DNA from: Octopus vulgaris
Lineage: Eukaryota
Length of the DNA stretch: 64,000 nt
Direction of reading: 5' to 3'
Assembly: GCA_951406725.2 (NCBI GenBank)
Contig: OX597814.1
Span: 48,298,001 to 48,362,000 of the forward strand
Part shown: positions 12,751-58,388 of the stretch, in pieces
How the letters are laid out: each line of letters starts with the position of its first letter
How positions within the stretch are numbered: the stretch's first letter is position 1
Notes under the pieces: model-generated
Databases searched by the model: none
Told to the model about the DNA's origin: nothing
The model's input: only the letters and a program-made list of their open reading frames with translations
Program-made: the position numbers and the translations under genes

Positions 12751-13592
12751 ATATGTGTTTGTGTGTCTGTGTGTGCGTGTACACACTTGGATGTGTTTTT
12801 GTGTAATCGTTTTGACATCATGTGATGTGAACAAATAATACTGTCATATGAGTGATGGACCTTTGTTTCCAATATTTTGCATAGGAAAATATTACTTTGT
12901 CTGGAAACATGTAAAGGTTGGTAACAAGAAGAGTATCCAGTTGTGGAAAATCTGGCTCATCAAATTCCATCTGACCTATGCAAGTACGAAAAAGTGGACT
13001 TCAAAACAAAGATGATCCAGTAAAAAATTAGCTGGTTAATACAAGTTAGATAAGGCACAGTAATGTGTTTGCCCTATCAAATACACTGTTAAATGTACTA
13101 AAAATGTACAAAAACAACAACAACTGTTGACCAACATGTATTCATGAAGTAAGTATATGTTGATCAACTGTAACTGTTCTTGTGAGAATATAATTTAAGA
13201 TTTTAAATATAACTTTGAAAAGAATACAAAATTTATATAATATAAACAAGTTTTTTTTTTATACATACTGAAAGATTACTCAGGATAAATTTAGAAAGTT
13301 TAATTTAAGAAAAATAATCAACTTTAGATATGCCTTGTTTTCATATAGAACTTTTATCAGAAAATATTAACTGTTACAAGAAACATTTGTTTTTATGAAA
13401 ATATATTTTTATAGCTTTGTTTTCGTTATTTGACACCATAATTCATTGAAAGAATCACAAATTAAGATACAATTCTATTCAATGCTTCACCAAGTAGCAT
13501 TTGGTTGTTAATTGCTGTTGTTTATTTATTTTCAATGATGTTCTTCATGTTAACAGTATATGTGGGTAATTGCTCACAGACATCAGTATGTT

Positions 13593-46476
<32,884 letters not shown>

Positions 46477-48592
46477 CTTTCTTATAACAGCTGTAAGTTT
46501 GAAAGAAAAAGAACAATTTTTATTCAAAATATTAACTCCTGGTTGTATGATTTCAACTTGAAAAGAATCCTGAAAGTAACAATTCATCTGATCACAATAA
46601 AAATTCCATCAACTGAAATAGTAAATATCTGAAAGAATACATTTCTGAAAAAAATCATCAACATCTCTATCATCTTAATTACCATTAATTTAACATCCAT
46701 TTTACCATAACAGCTTGAATTAGGCAGAACCAATCCCAGTTCATCTTTTGTTTTGATTCTGTATCATCTCTTTCTGATCCTTAGATTTAACCTTACCACA
46801 ATTTATTATGCATTTTGTTAGTGTTTTTTTTTTTTTTTTTTACTTTTCTGTCATAGGTACCCTCACTATCTGCATTGTTGGCACATTATTCACATGGAAT
46901 TCATTATTTACATCACATGACCACAGTTGATTATGTGTCTCTTCTTCACACTTCACTTTATTCTTTTAATGACCAGCTAGTATCTCAACACACTTGCATT
47001 CTGTAGTTCATGGAAGTTAATTTTGTACACCCAAACTATCACATTCTCTGCATTTCTCTCCTCAGATTTTCCTCTCTCAATATCTGTTTCCACACCAAGT
47101 AGTATCATGCATCTTATACATGCTTCCCACAGTCTGCTCTTCATGCATAGAAAGAAACTATTTTGTTGTAGATAGAGCTAAAATATCATCTGATGAACTT
47201 GTTTTTACGTAGTGAGGAAGCGACAGCTTAGCTTCCTATTTGAGTTACCTTCTGCATTTAGAAATGGGTTCATGAGAAAACAATACAACTTTAATTAACC
47301 AATGCTATCTACAATCAGGTCAACACAGTTATTTAATGGTCAATTTATGACAAAAGTTTTATGTCCTATTTTCATACTTATTACTGTTGTACATATTTAA
47401 ACTATTTTTCTTGACAATGTCTTTCCTCAGGCTAAACATGTGATATAAGGAAGAAAGAAACAACTAGGGTATATTATCAGCCTTAAAGGCACAATGTGTG
47501 TAGACAATATGGAAATATATTAAAATGGAGCCATTCAAATTAAAATTCCAAGATGGATTTAACAATACGTTTTCTAGTTTTCATATAGATTAGAATTCTA
47601 GTATAAGTTTTCACTGTTTATCATCAGCAATAATTCAGATAAAAGAATAAGCGTGTTGATCTGATTACAGAGAGCATTGGTTAAGATCCAGAAGGCCATT
47701 TATGTTATTGCTATATGCATATTGTTATATATTATTGTTATATGCATTGGTAAAACATTTGTAAGAAAACAACTGAACCCGGTTATCTGGTTGACTTGTT
47801 GAGTGTTATGTAAATAAATTGTAAATATGCAAATACCAAAGATAATATCTTAAGCATTCCCACCATTAGAACATGTTCTACAGACAAATTGTTAGTGTCT
47901 CTATAGAAAAATTCCTAAAAACCATGACTGAATAATAAAAAAAATTACAATTTACCACATAAAAAAAACCCTGTATATATGCTTTGAAGAAAAAAAAATC
48001 ATGTCTCGGGCAATATTACTAACAAGTCTGCCATACATTTTCATTTGTAACACCTGAAATTTTAAAGGGCTATTGTCCAAGAAGATTTTAACTAGGATAT
48101 GCTGAAAGACAGAAATGTTAGAGCTGAAACTGTTTTGATCCAAATTAAACATTTACTTTGTTGTGAACATAATTTTAAAAAAATGGATTAGTTCATAAAC
48201 CGTTTGTACAGTCTCTGGCAAAAATCTTTGATAACACCACCCTTAGAAGATGTTTACCTTGCTTTTCCTTTCATAGCAAATAAACAAAAGTGACAGCCAT
48301 TTTGTTATTACATTCTTCTTGAAGTACACTGCTTCTAGTTCAGTTACTTTTCAAAATAATGAAAAGTTTAGTAAAATAATTTTTTCTAATTAATCTGGTA
48401 TTGGAAACCAAAATTAATATGGAATTTTGATGAAAGATTTTAATTACATAAAAGCAAGAAGTTGATCATGGCTGGTCTCAAGCAGGTTGGTATCAAGATT
48501 GATAGCTGAATATTCTGATTTCATGAAATTGCTCTCAAACAAATTACAGTAAATTATTGTGATAAATGGTATATTTTCTTCAGAAAAAAAAA

Positions 48593-48776
48593 TCATCATC
48601 ATCGTTTAACGTCCGCTTTCCATGCTAGCATGGGTTGGACGATTTGATTGAGGGCTGGTGAACCAGATGGCTACACCAGGCTCCAATCTTGACCTGGCAA
48701 AGTTTCTACAGCTGGATGCCCTTCCTAATGCCAACCACTCTGAGAGTGTAGTGGGTGCTTTTACATGCCACTTGCA
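48593..48776 (-). mobile_element. RTE 3'UTR fragment
   Basis: (CAT)n-CGTTTAACGTCCG family. Confidence 0.8.
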
Positions 48777-48859
48777 TGGGGGGAAAACAATCAAAGAAAA
48801 ATTTATATAAACATAAACTACACAGGCAGTACTTTTGTTCCTCCTCGAACTTATAAAAG

Positions 48860-50150
48860 TCTAAATTCTTTTCTGTGAGTTACGGTCTCTACTTATGTAA
48901 AGTGATTCTCCCCCATCAAGCTGGCTCAAACTTGCTCAAATAATGGTCTGTTGATCAATTTTTAGGGTGGATTTATGTCAAGGATTGTTTTAAAAAAATT
49001 TCTACCATAAATTTAACCAGATTTGTTAATGTTGTTGTGTACCTATGACTTTCAGGAAGAAAAGTTTGAAAACTTTTTCTATGGCAAGGTGATATATCAT
49101 GGTGGAAAACAACTCTTATCACAATTTACTACAGAAGCAAAGAGAAAAGTGTCAAATTTTATTGTACACCAATGCATTGATTATTTGGGGTAACGAATAA
49201 AAACTATAAAAATCATCATCATCATCATCATCATCGTTTAACGTCCGTTCTCCATGCTAGCCTGTGTCCTTTACCTGAAATTAGTTAGTTAGTTAATTTG
49301 GCTCAAAAGCAAATAGCAAGGTCAAATTTCATTGTACACCAATGCATTGATTATTTGGGGGTAATGAATAGTTCAGGCCACTTGAGGTCAAGGGAGGCTT
49401 TGAACAAAGCGGTCGTCGGCATCTTCACCATCTCGTCTGGCAATGCAACTGCTTATCATAAATTAATAAAGAAATCTGTTTTCTTTAAGCAGTCATCTCT
49501 ATATGTTTCATTAGAACAGTACCAAACAAAAGTTCCAATATTGTTCTTTGGACACTGCAGATTTATAATTCATCATGCTAATATCCCTTTCATTCAATCA
49601 TCCATATTCCATGATTGCTTTCCTTTAGCCAACTGCAACCATTTTTTTAATACCCATTTAAGTGTTAGGGCAGGTTTTTGTTTGGTTTTTCTGTATGTAA
49701 ATATCATTTCATATTTTCATTTTGTTGGTTTCTTACATTCCTGTAACAAACATCAAATCCTGATATTTTTTGTTTTTGTGCATTTTCTATTTTCTGGGCA
49801 TTCTGCTTTGAATTTTCTGCCCTGTCAACCAAAATATTTTCCCTTTATAACTTTCACATTTTGTTAATAGCTGTCTAGAAACAACCAACATTTGCCACAC
49901 TCTGGGTTGTATTTCCTTCTTGAAGGATTTTTCCATTCCTTTCTATCTAGGCTGCAAAGTTAGTACACAAAAGCTTTGATTAACTCCTCAGTTATGATAT
50001 CACCACTCCTTTATTTGTGATTAGACTAATGCATTTCTTATATTGACAGCATATAATACACTTGGACAGTGTGACTCCTCAAGTAATTGTTTGGTATCTT
50101 AACTTATCTAAAGTTTGGGTTTAAAGGCTGCAACTGTGCAGTTGTGGATT
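48860..50150 (-). mobile_element. Highly degenerate Tc1 transposase remnant, interrupted by a mosaic insertion
   Basis: The minus strand gives YRKTKQKPALT...WLQLAKGKQSWNMDD*MK.I...GTFVWYCSNETYRDDCLKKT, and further 3' INALVY..I.DTFL...VVFHHDISPCHR. Both are Tc1 transposase-like. Confidence 0.6.
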
Positions 50151-50270
50151 TTCTAAATCATCTATTTAAAGTTGCAAACAATTAAGCATAAAACTTTTAA
50201 AAAATCAAACAGGATGTTTTTATCAAAAGGATATAAAGTAAGAAGATATGAAAGAAATAAACTATAAAAA

Positions 50271-50437
50271 TCATCATCATCATCATCATCATCGTTTAAC
50301 GTCCGTTCTCCATGCTAGCATGGGTTGGACGGTTCGACCGGGGATCTGGGAAGCCAGAAGGCTGCACCAGGCTCCGGTCTTCAGTCGGATTGGTGCATTT
50401 TACGTGCCACCTGCACGGAAGCCAGTCGAGGCGGCAC
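50271..50437 (-). mobile_element. RTE 3'UTR fragment (internally deleted)
   Basis: Same family as 63034-63380. Confidence 0.78.
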
Positions 50438-51406
50438 TAAAAAATTGGAAACACCTAAAGCAATTCGACAAATTGATATTTAAAAGAAATAAACTCAATT
50501 AGATACATAATGCTTCCTTTTCAAGATTTAAGTATTGTTTTGAATGGAAATTTTACATTAATGTAACATGAAAGATTACATTAAATGAAACAAAATTATA
50601 TTGTAAAAAATTAAGAAGTTTATCCTTTCAAAATATTTTAAACAAATATTGCAGCTATAGAATAAGGGTTAAATCATAAATAAAAATTCCCAATTTACTA
50701 ATGTCTTGTAAACGAAATTATTTCTCCCAGATCCTCTTTCATAAACCCTATATATTTGATTTAACTGCTTTCAGTGCAGAAAACAGTCATTACCTGTGAA
50801 ACAAAGAATTTTAACACATTATTGCAATTTGCATTTAAACAAATTTGGAATAAGTATATGTTACTGACTAACTCCAGCACACAATAAATGCTTCTGATTT
50901 TGACTCTAAAGCCCTGTGTAGAATTGTTTCAGTTTTTTGGTTGACAACTATCTTGTTGGGGGCTAGATTTCCTTTCAATTACCTAAGCCCCCAAACTCTT
51001 TTAACTGCAAGTACTTACTTTTCACTGCTGACTAATTTGCAGTTTTAAACTTGCACCAGTATTTGTTGCAGACACGCAAATTACAAGTGAAAAAGCTGGA
51101 TGAATAGTCTCAAAATGTGTTGATTACATAATTTTTACCATGACTTGTGTACTGATGATAAAATGTCAGTTTGTCATTTACTAGCTGAAGTTAATTGAAA
51201 GACTTAAAAATTTTGAAGGGTGTTTTATAGCCTTTGACTTAATAATCAATTGTGAATAAAAGGATTAATTTTTATGCTAATTACTCCATGAATGATAGAG
51301 TTTCATAAAATTGATGCTAGCTTCAGTTGTAGTAGTGTTAAATAAATGTAAGACAAATCAAAATTACTTCTCTCAGAAATGCTTAGTACCTATTCTCCAG
51401 CCTCAT

Positions 51407-51495
51407 AAAGTGAGGTGTAATAAAATCAGCAAAGTGAGGTATAGTAAAGTCAGCAAAGTGAGGTATAGTAAAGTCAGCAAAGTGAGGTATAGTAA
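51407..51495 (+). repeat. 24-bp minisatellite, about 3.7 copies
   Basis: AAAGTGAGGTATAGTAAAGTCAGC repeated. Confidence 0.9.
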
Positions 51496-52168
51496 GTCAT
51501 TGCACAACCTGCTAGAAATAGCAGCTAAATCTCTCTCAAACTAGATGCATCATATAATAAGGAAAGATACATACGATAATGTGGTCTTAATTACTCCTAA
51601 ACAGATGGAATGGTTTTAGTCGCTGGTCTACTCAAGTGGGATTGACAGAGCTAAAAACACAACTGATGCCTAAGTAGTTACATATTCACAGGACCACTTT
51701 ATCTACATTGAGTGGGTGTTTAACAGAACAAAAATAAAACAAACAAAAAAGATAAATATAAATGTTAGTTGAATCACCCCTAACTCCAACAGTGAATGTC
51801 AGTTGTAGAAGCTAAATGCCTGTTAAACAATATAAATCATGATGAAATTTCTGACATCTATTTACAGTAGAGAAATATCACAAACATACTCCTTTTGAAA
51901 TTATTACTGAAAATAAACACAGACCTACACTTTTACAAAGTAAATTAATTCCTGTTTACATTATACTTTCTAATTGATAAATGCTCTATAAACAATGGAA
52001 TATCAGAAGACTCTGTAATGCATTATATTTGCTATCATTATTTATAAATAAAACAAGAATTCAAAGGAGGACATCTTCCAAAATGAGTAAAACCATTTGG
52101 AATCATAATGATGTCTATGATTTAATCATAGACATAACTAAGATTTTACAGGAGACACTAACAATATA

Positions 52169-52560
52169 GGCGTAGGAGTGGCTGTGTGGTAAGTAGCTTG
52201 CTAACCAACCACATGGTCCCAGGTTCAAACCCACTGCGTGGCATCTTGGGCAAGTGTCTTCTGCTATAGCCCCGGACCGACCAATGCCTTGTGAGTGGAT
52301 TTGGTAGACGGAAACTGAAAGAAGCCTGTCGTATATATGTATATATATATATGTATGTGTGTGTGTCTGTGTTTGTCCCCCTAGCATTGCTTGACAACCG
52401 ATGCTGGTGTGTTTACGTCCCTGTCACTTAGCGGTTCGGCAAAAGAGACCGATAGAATAAGTACTGGGCTTACAAAGAATAAGTCCTGGGGTCTATTTGC
52501 CCGACTAAAGGCAGTGCTCCAGCATGGCCGCAGTCAAATGACTGAAACAAGTAAAAAGAG
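52169..52560 (+). mobile_element. Full-length SINE family A
   Basis: tRNA-like head with A/B boxes, core, (TA)/(TG) linker and GTAAAAAGAG tail. Confidence 0.9.
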
Positions 52561-53521
52561 AAAAAAAAGAGAATATTTTGATTTACTCAATTTCTTATGG
52601 TCCATGGTTTCAATAATAGTAAATTAAAGTAAAAAAAAAAAGCTTCTAACTGCTTTCTTTTTCTCTTTTTGCTGATACTTTTGTTGTATCTAGGGAGGGT
52701 CATTATGCCAATATAATTAACACACACACTGGTTCAATTCCACTCCTTTATCATTTAGTGAATTGGTTAAATTTGCAACTAATATATAGTTTGTTTAATT
52801 TGGTTAAACACATAGCATTTGTTTTGTTTTTGTTTGTCAAAACGCTTTCATGACTTTCTCATTTGTCTGCTTGAGACCTTGTTGTGTGTGTACGTGCTTG
52901 TGTATGTATGTAAGTAAGTATGCATCTATGCATTTTGTATATTCATGTGTCTATGTGTGTGTGCATGTATATATGTGTACTTCCTTTGTGGGCGTCCTTG
53001 AATGTGTCTATGTATAGGGGTTTGCGTGTGTATGCATGTGTACTTATACATGACTGTGTATGCATGTGTTTCTGTCTCCTTGTGTATGTCTGTATGTGCA
53101 TGTATCAGTACTACTTATGTACCTACCGATCTATCTACCTCTCTTAATTTGTTGACTTTGTTTATTTATCTATGAATATCATACTATTTGAGATGGTTGA
53201 ACAAATGCCTTCTTCAAAAACTAACAAAAATATCAATCTTGAATGAATAAATCAATCTTTTAATCAGTAAACTTTTGATAGCAGAGAAAATGTCTATGGC
53301 ATTTAATCCAGTCCTCTTATGCGCTGAGTTCAAAATCACCAGGGGATCAACTTTGCCTTTCAATCTTTCAGGGTTGATAAAATGAAGTACCAGTCAGTCA
53401 CTGGGGTCACTTTTATAGATTGGTACCATTGTTTTCTGAGCTCCTTCATGCAAGTGCCTACAGCTGAGAATCTTCAGAAAATCTTTTCAATGCTGTTTGT
53501 ATTTGAAAGGTGGGTGAAACT

Positions 53522-53871
53522 CCACTGTGTGGCATCTTGGGCAAGTGTCTTCTGCTATAGCCTCAGGCCAACCAATGCCTTGTGAGTGGATTTGGTAGAC
53601 GGAAACTGAAAGAAGCCTGTCGTATATATGTATATATATGTATGTATGTGTATGTATATGTTTGTGTGTCTGTGTTTGTCCCTCTAGCATTGCTTGACAA
53701 CCGATGCTGGTGTGTTTACGTCCCCGTCACTTAGCAGTTCGGCAAAAGAGAACGATAGAATAAGTACTGGGCTTACAAAGAATAAGTCCCGGGGTTGATT
53801 TGCTCGACTAAAGGCGGTGCTCCAGCATGGCCGCAGTCTAATGACTGAAACAAGTAAAAGAGTAAAAGAGT
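53522..53871 (+). mobile_element. 5'-truncated SINE family A with a 36-bp target-site duplication
   Basis: AATGCTGTTTGTATTTGAAAGGTGGGTGAAACTCCA at 53489-53524 and 53872-53907. Confidence 0.88.
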
Positions 53872-55689
53872 AATGCTGTTTGTATTTGAAAGGTGGGTGA
53901 AACTCCAATGGCAATGTATTCCTCTGAGGAACAACAACCAGCATTATGACTAACTTTGAAAGACCATCCTATAACAACAGGCTAATGTCACACACATCCT
54001 TGAATTAGTGAGATATGTGGGGTTATGTTTGTTGCAAGTGCAATGTGTTGTCGACAATGATGATCAACAAACTTTTCCTATTTTCATGTTTTTGACAACA
54101 AGCCCACCTGAGACTATTTTTACCTTTATGATACAAACATCCCATTTTGAAGTGATATAAATTAAAATCTTCCATAAAAATTTTATACTAATTTATGTTC
54201 CAAATATCAGCTTATTAATGGCAGAATTATTTTACTAAATTCTTCATTTTTTTCAAAATTAATTGAAACGATGATTGTTGATTAAGAAAAATATGGCAAC
54301 AAATAGGTTAAAGAACTTGGTACTTCACTATTTTTATTTAAAACTGAACATTAAAAAAATGCTTCTGCTAATTTAAATAGGCCCAGAATGTTTACTTTAT
54401 AAATTTGAGAAATCAATTATGGCTAATATAACTGTTATACAAGGTTTAGCGTATTATTTTTTGAAAAGCTAAAGTCTTTTTCACATTAACCCATTTCATA
54501 TATCAATCTTCTTGAGATTACTTCTGGTTTCATTATCTAGAATCTCTCTAATATATAAAAGTATTTCATGAATTCTTTCCATGTTATTTACAAAATGAAT
54601 TGAAACCAACAGCTTATTTTATGACAAATTTAGTTACAGGAGTCAAATATGCTATAATTAAAAATATTTCTCTGTAAGTTACACCAGGAAAAAAAAAATT
54701 TAATCCATAAAGATTTCCTTCTTGAAATATTTGTTGCTCAAGATGCAGGATATTTTCAAGGAGAAAATCATTACTATTTTGTACATATGGCTATTAATTT
54801 AGATGAGATTTAACAAAAGTCTTGGTTCTCTCATAATTTATACAAAAGTAAGAAATATCTGTTTGACACTATATTTAGCTAGACAGTTCCTTTTGATCTT
54901 AGCAACAGTTTTCTGTTATCATAACCTACATTACATGGACATATGGAACAACAGTTTTTCATATTAAAATTAATGTAAAAGGTTTCAGCTTCCTTTGTGT
55001 TATTTCCCAAATGATGGACTTTGCCCATCACAATCCTAGTTATAGTAGAAACCAGTCTGCTTAGTATTAGATATTTGGTGGAAGTATGTGCATGAATAGA
55101 AAAGGAATTTTAGGAAAATAGGTTTCATGGAAATAGTCTGATAAAAATTTCTATTAGCACAATCTAAATTTTCTGACAAAATGTATGTTGAAAGTGTGAA
55201 CAATACAGAAAGCTATTTCTTTCAACCACTAAAGCTAAGATAAAATGATATAGATTTTAAGCTATATAGGTTAACATTTATTTGTCTTGAATAATATGGT
55301 CATATGTTCAAATATTACTTCAGTTATTGTGCCTTGTCCTTGAGCAAGTTACATAAATGTTTGCATGCATTTGTCTGATGTGTGAAGAACACTGGTTCTA
55401 TCCTCTTTGCAGTTGAGTGAAGGCATCCAGTTGTAAAAGCATTTGCTCTAACAATACACTAGTCAGTCAATGATTCTATCAGTCTACCATAAAACTATGC
55501 TTTTTCTTAGTTCCTTACCTCCGATTTATAGGCATATGCTCAAGGCAGACCCATTCACTCGCACCATGCTAACTCTCATCCACCTTTCAATAAAATGGCT
55601 GGATGGTAACACTTCCTTATCCACCCTTATTTACCTCTTCAAGTGATGAGGGATTGACCAAAGAGGAAAATGTTTGTCTTCAGCCCCTT

Positions 55690-55945
55690 CAGTCTCCTCT
55701 ACCATACAACCTCTTTTGCCATGGCCACTAGGTACATAAAAGTGCCTGCCCTTTCTGGTTAAGAGAAGGTAGAGAGCAATCTTCATGATGGATTCAGTTG
55801 TTAGCCTGATCGATCACACATGACAGCAGGTGTTTGACACAAACCCACAGGTCAGCAATGCTCGGACATGCAGGGCAGTTTCTTTGTCCTGCGCGCATCT
55901 TGAACATGCTTGGCTGAAAACACTTCAGTGCCTGTAGAGTTTATC
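55690..55945 (-). mobile_element. L1/Tx1-like LINE ORF2 C-terminal zinc-binding (zf-RVT-like) remnant
   Basis: The minus strand reads DKLYRH*SVFSQACSRCAQDKETALH..CPSIADLWVCVKHLL (CxxC...ET..H...C motif). Confidence 0.6.
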
Positions 55946-57439
55946 TTGAAAAGCCTCAAAGAACTTTACTCTTTGAAAAGAGGTCTTGGTGGCACTAACG
56001 AAAGAGAGATTGGTGTTTTTAATTACCATTGTGCTGGCTTATTTACCATGTCTTTCGTCGTCGTTGTTGGTGGTTGTGGCGCTGTTTTTATTGCTTCTTT
56101 CTGTGTTCAACATAGTCTTCAATGTGTTGATATTCTTTATCAAATCACACACGAAAGACTTTGGAATGTTTACATTTTGTTTATTGTCAGCGTTGTTTTT
56201 GTTTCCATACTTTTTCTCGTCTGTTCTATTTAAAAATGAGTTTTGTTGTTGACAGAATGGGTTTCCAAGAGTTCTTTCCTGAAATATTCCGCCTTGTCAA
56301 CAATTTCAACTTCAGCCCAGTTAAAAACAGATTTGTCATCTAGTTTTTCAAATTGGAAGACTGAACGAGCCACTCTCCCTCCCTCTTTTATTACACTCTG
56401 CTGATGCTTCTCACTTTCTACCACTCTCTCACATATGAGTGTCACTGTATCCAGAGAATTTTTCTCAATCTATGGAAGAAAACGAAAAAAGTTTTTACGA
56501 TGCAAACAAAATTAAATAGAAATGTCCCTTGAGACTGTGGGGAAATACATGAAAAGAAAGTCACCAGTTGACAGCAACCAACTTTTATCCATGATGGTAC
56601 AAGTCCCAGAAATGTATACAAGAGCTTTCGGTGGTTTTGTTTACAAAATCCACTGAGTGAGGTCAAGCGTGGCTTGCCAAGCTGATGGCCATAAATAATA
56701 ATAGGATTTTGAGATGGATACTTGGGTGTTGAGTATCTTCCAACATACTTAACATCTCTGTACCAAGTCTTATAGTTCGTGGAAAGAGACCTTGAGAGAC
56801 CCTGTGAGACCTTTGACAATGGGTTGCTGTCTGCTTTTACAGAATTAATCAGAGCAAGATTGAAAGCTCTGTGAAATAAAATAGTAATAATCCTTACTAC
56901 TATAGGCACAAAACCCGAAATTTTGGGGAGATGATTAGTCAATTACACTGACATCAGTGATTCACTGGTACTTAATTTATCGACCACAAAAGGATGAAAG
57001 GCAAAGTTGACCTCGATGGAAATATAATAATAATAATCATAATAATAATAATAATAACAAAATTGTGCCCGTGCTAGTAGGGTACCAAGTGTGAGCTGAA
57101 CAGAAAAGATCCCAAAATTGATCTCCAACCACTACTGGAAAAAAATAGTTAATACTGATCACATATGAAAAAGATAAAAAGTATCATCAGTTTTAATAAG
57201 ACGTTTTGATCTGATTGCAAACTAAAAATAAAGACATTTAATGATAAATTCATTTAACTTCATTACTGTTATATTCTTAATGTTAATATTTTTATTTTGT
57301 AGAATATTCAATAACATTTTATTATTTTGTCCCAGCTTTTCAATCTACTGTATTTATCTGGAAACCCAAGGGTCTCAAATTGACAAATGCCAGACACCTC
57401 ATCATCAATTAGTGAGAAATTTTTTCTTCCCACATCTTT

Positions 57440-58388
57440 AGGTAGACCCAGGAAGACCTGGGATGAAGTGGTGAAGCACGACCTTCGAACTTTGGGCCTC
57501 ATCAAGGAAATGACTAGTGACCGAGACCTTTGGAAATATGCCGTGTGTGAGAAGACCCGGCAAGCCAAATGAAACCATAATCTCATGGCCTATGCCAGGG
57601 GCGTAACCAGCCCACTTATGCATACCTTTTCTTTCTTTGGACACTAAAACTTTGCTTGCGAAGACTTGTTGAGGCAAGTGAAATCAAATAAATCAATCAA
57701 AATCAAAATCAAAATCGATGACTGGCGTCCATGCTAGCAGGGTGCAAAGAGCACCATACGAGCATGATCATTGACAGAGCGGCTAACCGGCTCCATGCCA
57801 GTGGCACTTAAAGGGCACCAATTGAGCGTGATCGTTACCAGCGTCGCCTTACTGGCACTTGTGCCCGTGCTAGTAGGGTACCAAGAGCACCATCCGAGCA
57901 TGATCGTTGCCAGAGCAGCCAACTGGCTTCCGTGCCAGTGGGACATAAAAGGGCACCATTCGAGCATGATCGTTACCAGCGTCGCCTTACTGGCACTTGT
58001 GCCCGTGCTAGTAGGGTACCAAGAGCACCATCCGAGCATGATCATTGCCAGAGCAGCCAACTGGCTTCCGTGCCAGTGGCACGTAAAAGGGCACCATTCG
58101 AGCATGATCGTTACCAACGTCACCTTACTGGCACCTGTGCTGGTGGCATGTGTAAAAGGATTCGAGCAAGGTCGTTGCCAGTACTGCCTGACTGGCTCCC
58201 GTGCCGGGGGCACCTAAAAAGCACCCACTGCACTCTCAGAGTGGTTGGCGTTAGGAAGGGCATCCAGCTGTAGAAACTCTGCCAAATCAAGACTGAAGCC
58301 TGGTGCAGCCATCTGGTTTGCCAGCCCTCAGTCAAAATCGTCCAACCCATGCTAGCATGGAAAGTGGACGTTAAACGATGATGATGAT
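57440..58388 (+). mobile_element. RTE LINE 3' end with a 138-bp tandem repeat in the 3'UTR
   Basis: GRPRKTWDEVVKHDLRTLGL.KEMTSDRDLWKYAV.EKTRQAK*. Units start at 57813, 57951 and 58089. (GAT)n tail. Confidence 0.9.

Noticed and set aside
47185-47235. CTGATGA followed by GGAAGC as a possible hammerhead
   Set aside because: There is no convincing stem II and no GAAA core.
49298-49867. 189-aa plus-strand ORF
   Set aside because: It is antisense to a decayed Tc1 transposase and a CR1 fragment, is F/L/I-biased and has no domain.
52169-52245. tRNA-like sequence with A and B boxes
   Set aside because: It is the head of a multi-copy SINE, and no complete cloverleaf is evident.
56442-56942. 166-aa minus-strand ORF
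   Set aside because: There is no recognisable motif, it has a non-ATG start, and it reads through a polypyrimidine tract.
57734-58273. Repetitive ORFs and regularly spaced palindromic repeats resembling a CRISPR array
   Set aside because: The spacers are themselves repeated, the context is eukaryotic, there are no cas genes, and the region is the 3'UTR of an RTE LINE.
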